A DNA stretch of 64,000 nucleotides from Saprolegnia diclina VS20 (Eukaryota), in NCBI RefSeq assembly GCF_000281045.1, contig NW_008246077.1, positions 124,654 through 188,653 of the forward strand, written 5' to 3'. The number at the start of each line of letters is the position of its first letter. Positions within the stretch are counted from its first letter, which is position 1. Under the pieces are notes generated by a model, which was not told the DNA's origin, did not search any database, and saw only the letters and a list, made by a program, of their open reading frames with translations. A program made the translations under genes and the position numbers. Below are positions 27,256 to 37,270 of this stretch, piece by piece.

Positions 27256-29470
27256 TTATGTCGCGGTCGTGCTCTGCATGAAGCGCTTCGCACTCGCGGG
27301 TATCCGAAAGAGGCGGAAGCCGCCGCGCTCGGCAGCTGTAGGATGTGCCCGCTTCTCCGCCTGCCGCGCCGAGTCGACGTACACCGCCTTGTCGTCGTCG
27401 TCAAACGTGGGCGTAGTATTGTCTTCCAGGACGATTTCGTCTGTGTGCACAAGACCAGAGAGGAGTTCGCGCTTCATGGCTTCCTCGACAGTGGCGGGCC
27501 GTGCGTCGGCGTCGTCGAGCGTCGACTGGTTCCCCGTCTCGCAGCGTGGCGTGTCGGCAGCCGTCGCGGGTCGAATCGGAATCGCATTGTCCTCGAGCGG
27601 GTCCGTGCCCCTGTCATGCTTCTTCACAGCCGTCCGCGGCGTCGTCGTACGTGGGCATGGCGTAAGAGACGAGGCCACCTTTGCATTGGGTGCTTGGGTG
27701 GCTTTTGGCGGCGTCATCATCGAGGATGCGGAGGCGAGAGGTTCCGGCCCTTCTTTCACTGGTGCATTATTTGTGTCCTCGACGGAAATACCAGACACGA
27801 CCGTGTAAATGTCGACGCTGGACGTCGCCGTCACAAACACAGTGGAGCGCGTTTCGTGTGGCGCGACTTCGGCGCTACGAGGACGCGTGTCGCCGCCGCA
27901 GAGCTTGTCCATCATCGCCCGCAGCTTCTCAAGCCGGTCGCGCACGTCGCTTTGAGCCTTTTCTACCTCCGCCGGCGTAAGCATCTTGGTCTGCAGTCCT
28001 AGCCGCAACGATCCACATTTCTGCCCTTAAACACAACACTGTACTGTACCTGCACGCGACGAAGGCCGAGCAATCAACGGGCGGCCTTCGGCAGTGGTGG
28101 GTCGGCTTGATGACGCGCTGGATGGGCGACTGAGCCCAGGCGTGATTGGACGACCGGGCGTTGCTGGCCGCGCCGCCAACACCTCGAGAAGTTTGGTTGG
28201 GTTTGGACTCTCCCGGATTTGCTGTGGCTTGAGATCATCGAGAAACTGCAATGTCGGCAAAAAGTCCAGTGCGTCGACCAGATATCTACGTCGCATGAGA
28301 CGACCCAACTGCAAAGTCACACGGACGTGGACGAGAGCGTGCACGGGTTGCCGCGGAGCCAAAGGTCTTCGAGCGCCGCGTAGGCTTGGAAGCAACGTAG
28401 GTCCATAATCGAGCGCAATCGGTTGTTGCGCAAGTCCAGCGTCTCCATCTACTCGCATGATCCATTAGGGATAGCGCAACCCAAGCAAGCGACCTGTGGC
28501 GCACGCTCAACGAGGATGCTCACATCCTGGAGCTGGTTGCTTTCGACATACAGCTCTGTGAGCGCTGGAAGCAGCGGCAGGGACGTGATATCTGCGATCT
28601 GGTTGCGGTCGGCCCGAAGCACCTAGGGCATTTTCAGCCGGGTGACGTTATACCTGTGCAGCGCTTCGTACCGACAAGCTTGGCGGGTACACGCCACTCA
28701 GGGACGTGAGCTTGTTGCCGCTCACGTTGACCTCATCTAGCTTCTTCAAGCTCTCAAGATTGCCAATGCTCGTGAGTAAGTTGTCGCTGACGTTTAAGTA
28801 CTCGAGCGCACTGAGCGTTTGGAGTCCCTAGATTATATTGGTGATGACAGTGGTGCCGCCATGACCACAGGTACCGTCGCAAGCGCACCCGCAATGCGGT
28901 TGCGACTCAAGTCCAAGTACGTCAAGTGGCGAGCATTTTTGAGGTGCTCGATGCGGCTGATGCGATTGCCATGGAGCTGTAGTGTTTTGAGCTTGAAGAG
29001 CGCTGTCAAGTCCTCCGGCAATGCCTCGATAACGTTGTCGCTGAGAAGGACGGCCTCGAGATTTTGGTTTCTAACTCCACTGTCAACTCGAGTCGATATC
29101 ATTTGCTACATCACCCTTTGAGGCCCGACGCGGACGTAAGCTGGTTGTTGTACGCTTTGAGCTCGCGAAGGTCCTTCACCGTGTGAAGGTGCTCGAGCTG
29201 CGTTAGGCGATTGAACGAGACGTCGAGCGAGTAGAGCTTGGGCATCTTAAGACCAGCATCAGAGTTCTCAAAGTGGCGTAGATGGTCCTACGCCCGAGAG
29301 GTCGGCGATCTTCTCGATACCGCGGTGGTGCGCATCGACCGCAAACTTGCTCGAATTGTCTTCGGTCACGAGAACGCGCTAGGAGACCCCGACAATAAGA
29401 AGGACCGATAAGAAAGCCCGCGTACAAGCGCTTCGAGGTCGAGTACGCGGAGCGGCGTGGCCATGGTCAT
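27256..29470 (-). CDS. SDS22-like leucine-rich repeat protein with a low-complexity C-terminus, multi-exon
   Basis: Repeated LxxLxLxxNxI units (LEAVLLSDNVI, LKTLQLHGNRI, LTYLDLSRNRI, LETLDLRNNRL) followed by Ser/Pro/Thr-rich and coiled segments. Confidence 0.8.
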
Positions 29471-30196
29471 GGTGCCGTTTCAAACTGTGAAACCTCCAGG
29501 CTAATTGGACCCAATCCGGCTGCGTCCACGTGGCATCACGGGCATCGTTTGACAATCTGCTTGGATGTGCCACTGTGTGCAGCACGACGCATCCGCGCTC
29601 CACGTCACGCGTCGTTGCGTTGAAATAGCCTCCGTCCGGACCTTCGCCGCCGTTCACCCGCACCCATCCGGACGCGATCTTGGCGTCACATCATCCGCTT
29701 GGCGATGCAGCAATCCATCACGGTATTGGCGATGACTGGCCCCGTCCGTTCCCGTCTCCTCGCGTCTAGTCGATGGTACGTATCGATCTACACTGCCCAT
29801 GTCATGTAAATAGTGTATGACGATCGTCGAGCGGGCTATTTCGGATCTTTCCTGGGCGCACGGCATCGACCCAGGGTGCGGAATGCCGATGCGAGCCAGC
29901 GCAAATGCCGGATACCGCATAAGTATCCGGATTTCGACGTTTGAAATTTGAAAAAAGGCTCCAAACGGGGTAGGGGAGTTCGATTGAAGAAGGGATTAGG
30001 GCAAGGTCGAAGGGGGCGGTGACTTGGTTTTTGTATGCCGGAGCGAGCTGCAGTCAACCATTGGCTAACTCCACGCGAGGTCTCATTCGTCCGTTTTCTT
30101 TGTCGAGCGCAAGCCAAGTCGCCAATCCCAACCTTCGTATAGCCCAGGTACGGCCTTTATTGGCTGCCGCGTTAGCCAATGCGGTGCGTGATAGCC

Positions 30197-30845
30197 ATGG
30201 AAGCCCAAGCCACCGCAACGTACGACCCGGCGCAGCTCGCGCTCTATCAGCAACAGCAGCAGCAGTACCTGCAGATGGTAAGCGACCTCCTTCACCTCCT
30301 GCGCTGCCGCTCACGCCCGCGCCGCCTTCCTTCTTGCCTTGCGCTCTCTAGATGGTAATGCCCCTCTGCCGTCCCTACTAGACACTCATGGTCTTGTAGC
30401 AACAACAACCAAACAACGAACAAGTGCGCTCGATGTACGGCAGTGGCCTCATGATCATGCCGCCCACCTACATGGTACGCGCCTTGCGGTCGCGTCCTGA
30501 GAGGCCTGACCGGCGTGGTAGCAAATGCAGTCTCACCCTATGTTCTCACGCATGCCGTTGCCCGGCGGCGGCGAGATGGTCGAGGAAGAGCCCGTGTATG
30601 TCAACGCCAAGCAGTACCATCGCATCATGGTCCGCCGCCAGCAGCGGGCAAAGCTCGAGGCAAAGCTCGGCAACGCCCGCCAGCGCAAGGCCTTCCTGCA
30701 TGCGTCGCGCCACAAGCACGCGATGCGACGACCGCGCGGGCCCGGCGGCCGCTTCCTCACCAAGGAAGAGATCGCTGCGCTCGACCGCGAAGAAGCCGCC
30801 GCAGCAGCGCAGCAGGCCATGGACGGCAAGGAGAAGCTTGTCTAG
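30197..30845 (+). CDS. NFYA: Nuclear transcription factor Y subunit A (HAP2/CBF-B), multi-exon
   Basis: Gln-rich N-terminus and the conserved core [26 protein letters not shown]...[21 protein letters not shown]. Confidence 0.96.
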
Positions 30846-30938
30846 GCACATGCTAGCGCGTAGGCAATAGGAATCGTAGGAATAGGCCGTAGTAGTTTGC
30901 AGACAACCCCCTTTATATAAGTCTTATATGTATTACCC

Positions 30939-32963
30939 TTACAACCGACTAGTCGTCTTGCGCACGTGCTGCATGTCCGTTGCGCGCACAAAGAGCACAT
31001 GGCACAGCGTCAGCGCGCGGATGGTGTAGCGCACGGGCTCGCCGGTCCGAATCTCGGCCTCACCAAAGACGCTGCCGAGGTCCAGCGTGCAGGGTGGCGC
31101 TGTCTCGACGTGGACCTTGCCCTTGCTATATAACCCATGACTGCAAGCGCCATTAAACACTGACGTACCAGAGAAAGTAGACGGCATGAGGCGCTTGGCC
31201 GCGGGTCATGATGACTTGGCCCTTTGTGTACTGCTTGGCAAGGATCAGAATGTTGGGGCCGCCGGCCGCGGCGAGCGCTTGGATCTCTACCCGTCGTATC
31301 AAGTGCCCGAACGTAGGGAAAAGGCTCGTACCGTCAAAGATCGGGTGGCGGGACGGCCACAGGATCGGCAGTAGCGGCGGCGAGAGCGCGACCGTCGAGT
31401 TGCGCTTGTACGACATGGACGTGACGTCGACGCTCTTGATCGAGTACTTGTAGTTGATCATGAGCCCATACGCGTTGTCAAAGCCGGCGCTCGAGAGGTC
31501 GGCGTCGAAATTGAGGCGCTCGACTTGCGCGCCGTTCTGCAGGTGAAAGTTGGCGACCGGGTCGACGATGCGTAGGTTCGGGCCATCGTCGCCTTCGCCG
31601 ACGGGGCACGCTTCGCGCTCAAAGAGAATGTAGTTGAGACAGAGTCGCGTGAGCACGTCTTTCGCCAGCTCTTTCTACCAAACTCAAACTCAAACCATGA
31701 CAACCGTACTGCGGTGACGTACAAAGATGGCCGCGTGGGGCTTCTTGTGCCACTCGTTCGCGTCGAGCTGCTTGCGGAGCCACTTGGAGGCCGAGAGCGC
31801 GTTGACGCCAAACACTTCTTGGAGCACTTGAAAGTTCTCGGGCGTAAACCACAGCAGCTGGTGGCTCTGCTTCTTGATCGGGTTAGCCGTCACTTGGTGG
31901 CTAAACCAGCTCCGGAACGACGGGACCGGCGACAAGGTCGCAAACGTATGGACGCTGGGGTACGTGCGCGCGACGCGAGTGATCGTGAGGAAGAGCAAGT
32001 GGCTCGCGAGGTTCAAGCCGCGAAGACCCAAGTGCGTGTTGGAGATCGAGTAAAAGATCGCGTGCGTCGGCGTCGTCACGGGCGGTCCCGTCGCAGGGGA
32101 CAAAATGCTGTCAATGTTGCTCGAGAGTTCCCTAAACGTTTCGTTGATGACGACTAAAAGGACGCGTCATCGTACGTGGTCACGATCGTCTCGAGAAAGA
32201 CGAGCGGCTGGTGCGGCAAGTTGGAGTGGAACATGCCATAGCAGCGCCGGTTGGGCCCCGACAACCGCTGCTCGAGGTCGTCCCAGTTGCGCATGCGGTG
32301 CACACGCTCCTTCTGGAGCACGACCGCGATCGTCTCGGCGTTCTCCAGCACCAAATCGATGCTTCGAAAGTGCACACCCGACTGCGTCGCAAAGAGATCG
32401 CGCAAAAGCAAGTCGAGGTACATGAGCGCGTTCACCTCGTGCGTCGGCAAGATGCGATGGTACTTCTTGAGCCCGAGCGAGAGGTCCGAGCGCAGCTGCA
32501 ATAGAAACGCATAGCCGTTTGGAACTGACCCGAGAAGGATGCAAAAGTGCTCGGGCACAGGCACGAGGCCGTGCTTGACGTGCTTGTACGTGTCGAGGTC
32601 CGTTGGCGGGTTGAAGCCGAGCGCGGCTGCGAGCACCTGGAACACAAGGTGCGCCCGCAGCAGCGATGGCAGCGACCGCACGAGCAGCGACATGTCTTGG
32701 CTGCCGAGGTCCACGGCGAGCGCCAAGAGCATGTCGAGCTTCTGCTCGTCGGTGAACGCGCTGTACGAGGCAATGACGCTCGCCGCAAAGTCGCGCCGCC
32801 GCTTGTACTCCCAGACAAAGCCCGCGTCGTGGTGCTGGTCCGTGTCCTCGACCGCGGCCTTGACGTCGGCGACGAACGACTGTCGGTCGAACGGGACCTT
32901 GGTCTTGGCCACGGGCGCTGGCGCCGGCTTCCGATGGGCTTCGAACCACGCCGGCCCGAACAT
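30939..32963 (-). CDS. MLYCD: Malonyl-CoA decarboxylase fused to a C-terminal cNMP-binding-like domain; PTS1 (-SRL)
   Basis: MCD motifs ERVH..RNW.DL..RL...RRCYGMFH..LP..PLVFLE, AIFYSISNT..GL.G, FATLSP, DPVANFHLQNGA and YGLMINYKY. The same frame continues into KGQVIMTRGQ...VYFLCKGKV...GSVFGE...TIRALTLCHVL and ends SRL*. Confidence 0.9.
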
Positions 32964-33346
32964 GCAAAATTTAGATCGCCAAAGCTCGCGCAATGGATTC
33001 GACGTTGGTATACAAACATCAAGCTTCGGACGAAAATAATTTGACCAACGACGTTTAAACCGTTGCGTAAACAACGTTAAAGCTACTTTCTGCGTAAACA
33101 CGATCGCCAGCAAGGTGCTGTGCAGGATACGACGTGGGGATTCGATGACGACAGTTGCTCAACCTCCTCGCGCTGACGTTGGAACATAGACCACTTTCAC
33201 TGCACTTGCAGTACCGGTGGCACATTTGGGCTGTTCCGTTTAACCGGTTATGGAGGCGTTAAATCACTCCGTGGGTTTTAGCTTAAACGGATCCGGATAA
33301 CAAGCCGCGAGCGGTCCCATTGTTTGCCGCAGGACCAGCAGCAGCG

Positions 33347-34921
33347 ATGGCCGAGCGATCGACGATCCACTTTGGCGCGCTCTCTGCGAGCAGCATCGTC
33401 GGCGCGGGCTCTAGCTCCGTCCAGGCTGGTATCCGCGCGGGTAATATCAACACGGGCAACTCGGGCGAGAAGGAGGTGCTTGAGCTCTCGGAGACGAGTC
33501 GACTGGCCCAGGAGAAGCATGCGGAGCAGCTCCGGCGGCTCGAGACCGAGCGCCGCGCGCGCTTGATCCAAGTGCCGACGCGCACCGAAGAAGTCATCCA
33601 GCAGCTGCGTAGCCTTGGCGAGCCCATCACATTGTTCGGCGAGAAGCCCGAAGATCGTCGGGCGCGTCTTCGCGATCTCCTCGGCGCCCTCCAGCTCGCG
33701 GGCGACGTCGACATGATCGTCGCGGCGCAGGCCAAAGCAAACGCTGCTGCTTCCGAGCTAGTCGGGTACGAGAAGGAGAAGAAGGTTGCGGTTGAAGACC
33801 AGCTTTTCTACGTGCCGCTCAAGACGAACGACCTCAAGGTCGCCCGCCACGCCATGTTCAAGCACTCGATGGTGAGCACGAGCGCGCGGCTTCAGCAAGA
33901 GCGCGCGCAAATGGAAGGAACCGTCTTTGATGCTGACAAGCACGCGGCGCAGCTGTACCGCGAGGCGCAAGAAACGAGCCTGAACGCGAGTCAGCTCGCA
34001 GACGTCCGGCCGCTCTCGCACGTCAAGTTTTCGCCCGACGCAAGTCTTCTGGCAACGGGGTCGTGGAGCTCGAACGTCAAGATCTGGAACAGCAAGTCGT
34101 GCGACCTCGTGCACACGTTGACGGGGCACACGGATCGCATCACGGGCCTTGCGTGGCACCCGGCGTCGACGACCGAGAGCCCGATCTTGGCTTCGGGGGC
34201 GGCCGATGGCACGGCCAAGATCTGGAAGGGCAACGCGCTGGCCATGACGCTCAAGGGGCACCAAAACCGGTACGAAAACCTCCGATTTTCGACATGGAAA
34301 TGGCTCATCTTGGTGCGTAGGCTGGGCCAAATCGCGTTTCATCCGCTCGGCACGTACCTCGCAACAACGAGTTTTGACCACTCGTGGCGGCTCTGGGACA
34401 TTGAGCGGGGCACGGAGCTCCTCTTCCAGGAAGGCCACTACCGTGAAGTGTATGCGATCGCGGCGCAGCCCGACGGCGCGCTCATGGCCACGGGGGACCT
34501 CAATGGCCTCGGGCGTATCTGGGACATTCGGTCGGGGAAAGCGATCTTGCCGCTCCAGGGCCACGCCAAGCAGATCGTGTCCATGAGCTGGCACCCCAAC
34601 GGGCACGTGTTGGCGACGGGCAGTGACGACCACACGATCCGCGTTTGGGATCTGCGCAAGCGCCAAAACATCTACGTCGTGCCTGCGCATGACGCGATGG
34701 TGTCCACGGTGTGCTACTCTTCGTCGGGCGAGGTGCTTGCGTCGGCGTCGTTTGATGGGTCGATGAAGCTGTGGCGGTCGCGCAACTGGACCTGCCTCTC
34801 CGTGCTGAAAGGCCATGACGGCAAGGTCATGTCGCTCGACATGGCGCCGGACGAGACGCACTACGTCTCGGCGGGCTGGGACCGCACCTTCAAGACCTGG
34901 GCGCCAGCCCGCGAGTGCTAA
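33347..34921 (+). CDS. PRPF4: U4/U6 snRNP protein Prp4 (WD40), one in-frame intron at 34270-34320
   Basis: PRP4 motif VPT...V..QLRSLGEPITLFGE.PEDRRARLR followed by WD40 repeats (QEGH, VWDLRKR, LKGHDGKV, GWDRTFKTW). Confidence 0.96.
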   Translation: MAERSTIHFGALSASSIVGAGSSSVQAGIRAGNINTGNSGEKEVLELSETSRLAQEKHAEQLRRLETERRARLIQVPTRTEEVIQQLRSLGEPITLFGEKPEDRRARLRDLLGALQLAGDVDMIVAAQAKANAAASELVGYEKEKKVAVEDQLFYVPLKTNDLKVARHAMFKHSMVSTSARLQQERAQMEGTVFDADKHAAQLYREAQETSLNASQLADVRPLSHVKFSPDASLLATGSWSSNVKIWNSKSCDLVHTLTGHTDRITGLAWHPASTTESPILASGAADGTAKIWKGNALAMTLKGHQNRYENLRFSTWKWLILVRRLGQIAFHPLGTYLATTSFDHSWRLWDIERGTELLFQEGHYREVYAIAAQPDGALMATGDLNGLGRIWDIRSGKAILPLQGHAKQIVSMSWHPNGHVLATGSDDHTIRVWDLRKRQNIYVVPAHDAMVSTVCYSSSGEVLASASFDGSMKLWRSRNWTCLSVLKGHDGKVMSLDMAPDETHYVSAGWDRTFKTWAPAREC

Positions 34922-35039
34922 TGTAACAATCAATTTCACGTTCGTGGATGATCGCGTTTGGCGCACGGCCATTGGTGGAAGCAATTGCGCAATATGATTG
35001 GTCGAAAAGATTTGTGTTTAGCGACCAACTATTTACAAG

Positions 35040-35809
35040 ATGGCAACGCCGGATCGCCGCGAGGACGGCCGACTGGTCCAAGAGATCCGCCCGCTCGCCT
35101 GCGAGCAGAGCCTGCTCAACCGCGCCGACGGCTCTGCGCGCTTCAACCATGGCACGACGTCGGTGCTGGCGTCCGTCTCGGGCCCCGCGGCGGCCAAGCT
35201 CCGGCGCCAGGAGAAGTCGTCCGGCGCGACGCTCGAAGTGACGTTCAAGGCCGAGAAGGGCGCGCCGTCCGCGCGCGACAAGGAGTACGAGATGATTTTG
35301 CGCGAGACGTTCGAGCCGATCATCGTGCTCGAGAACTTTCCCCGTGCAGTCGTTAGCATCACGGTGCAGGTCGTCGAGGACGACGGCGCGCTTCTCGCCG
35401 TGGCCATCAACGCCGTCAACCTCGCGCTCATCGACGCCGGTGTGCCCATGCGCAGCATCGTTGGCGCAATCACGTGCTCGATCCTTGAAGACGGCCAGCT
35501 GTGCTTGGACCCGTCGCGCTCCGAGGGCGAGGTGCGACGACGACGACGATCATTCGAGGTATCCTAACCTGCATGTAGACGGCGGCAGCCACGGTCACAA
35601 CGGCGTGTTGCGGCAACAACGACGGCATCTTGACCTCGATGACGTCTGGCGTGCTCTCGGAAGAGCAGTACTTTGCCTGCTCGGAGATCTGCAGACGGTA
35701 AGCATCACACCATGTCACCGAACAAGCATGCTCATCACCACGTAGAGCCATCGATAGCGTCCTCGCCGTTGTGCGTATTTCCCAGGAGAGCAAATTCAAC
35801 AACGCGTAA
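35040..35809 (+). CDS. RRP46: Exosome complex RNase PH-like subunit Rrp46 (EXOSC5), multi-exon
   Basis: RREDGR..IRPLACEQSLLNRADGSARF.HG.TSVLASVSGP, FPRAVVSITVQVVEDDGALLAVAINA..LALIDAGVPM, LDP. Stop TAA at 35807-35809. Confidence 0.9.
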
Positions 35810-36188
35810 ACCTACAACTCACCCCGTGTCTTCTTCTCTGCATCCGTCGTCTTGCCCCAGCTCGATGCAGCAATATGAGCTACGTACGATTCTAGCACGC
35901 AGTAGTACTCGGCGAGCGCTGCGCTCTGGTCCATTCCGTCCTGTTGCTTGGTGTCGCGACCGCGATCGAAACCATTGCCTTGATGGAGCGACAGCGAGAT
36001 AGTTGGGGGAACATCAGCATCTCAGATATGGCATATGCCGCAGACAAAATGTGGCGTTTGCCGAACTCAATGATGTGAATCGGCACAATAGGCGATACTC
36101 AGTGGCATGTCCCACCCGGGGAAAAAGCCGGAGGTCGAAGGTTTTGCCCACGCCAGCCGTGGGTTTAATTTCCGTCAACTTCAGCAGT

Positions 36189-37184
36189 ATGGACGCGACG
36201 CCGCCGCCGCCGACCAAGCCCAAGGGCGGCCGCCCGCGCGACGGCGTCTGGGCCGACTTTGACGAGTCGACGGGCAAGCCGCGGTCCTGCATCTGCACGT
36301 GGTGCCGGATCGAGATGAAGTCGGAGCCGAAGCGCATGATCCACCACCTCGCGTCCAAATGCAAGGAGATCGACCTCGCTGGGCGCAACAAGTACCTTCT
36401 TCGCTGGAACGAGATGATGTCGGCGGGCCACGACGACGACTCGGGCGTCCCGCGCAAGGTGCAAAAGATCTCCAACAAGAAGCGCAAGATCCTCATATCG
36501 GGCGGCGGCTTCAATAGCACGTACCTCAAGTACGTGGTGGCGCTCACAGGCAAAGCACGGCCGCGCATCTGCTTCTTGCCGACTGCCGCCGGCGACAGCC
36601 AAGACAAGATTGTCCAGTTTTACGAAGACTGCGCGGCCTTGAACGTCGAGCCGCACGTGCAGTTGAGCTTCCTCAGCAGCGCCAAGCAGGCGCGCGACTG
36701 GGACGAAGTCCTCCTCTCCATGGACGCGATCGTCTGCTCGAGCGGCAACACGGTCAACCAGCAAGCGATCTGGAAAGCCCATGGCCTCGACGAGATTCTC
36801 AAACACGCTTGGGACAAAGGGATTATTCTCTGCGGCTCGGGTGCGGGCGCGCTCTGCTGGTTCGAGGAAGGCACGACCGACTCGCGCCCCAAGCGGCTCT
36901 CGACGGTCAAGTGTCTCGGGTTTCTACCGGGCAGCCACTGCCCGCACTACGACTCGGAGCCGCACCGGCGACCGCTGTACCAAAAGCTCATTTCGACCGG
37001 GGAGCTCAAGCCCGGGTACGCCTGCGACGACGATGCAGGTATTTACTTTGAGGACGCCGAGCCGATCCGCGCCGTCACTGCGCGCGCCGACGCCAAGGTC
37101 TACTACGTGAGCATGGTCGAGGGCCACGTCCAGGAGCAGCTCCTTCCGACGCATTCGATCGACAGCAACATCTGCACTGTCTAA
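36189..37184 (+). CDS. BED-type zinc finger fused to a peptidase S51 (peptidase E-like) domain, probably catalytically inactive; single exon
   Basis: GGRPRDGVWADF...CTWC...HHLASKC (BED) plus KKRK, then ILISGGGF, ICFLPTA.GD, GNT.N..A.WK.HGLD.IL..AW..G.ILCGSGAGALCWFE.G.TDS and CPHYDSE..RRP (S51). Confidence 0.85.
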   Translation: MDATPPPPTKPKGGRPRDGVWADFDESTGKPRSCICTWCRIEMKSEPKRMIHHLASKCKEIDLAGRNKYLLRWNEMMSAGHDDDSGVPRKVQKISNKKRKILISGGGFNSTYLKYVVALTGKARPRICFLPTAAGDSQDKIVQFYEDCAALNVEPHVQLSFLSSAKQARDWDEVLLSMDAIVCSSGNTVNQQAIWKAHGLDEILKHAWDKGIILCGSGAGALCWFEEGTTDSRPKRLSTVKCLGFLPGSHCPHYDSEPHRRPLYQKLISTGELKPGYACDDDAGIYFEDAEPIRAVTARADAKVYYVSMVEGHVQEQLLPTHSIDSNICTV

Positions 37185-37270
37185 CATGCGTCTGTCAATA
37201 CAATTGTGTACATTTTTCATCGCGTTGAGAAAAAGGCCAGCTAGTCAACGCTCCAACAGAGTCGACAAAC

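Noticed and set aside
34270..34320. 17-aa insertion in the Prp4 WD40 domain
   Set aside because: A 51-nt GTACG...TAG intron that happens to be in frame; the same occurs in VTA1 and other genes here.
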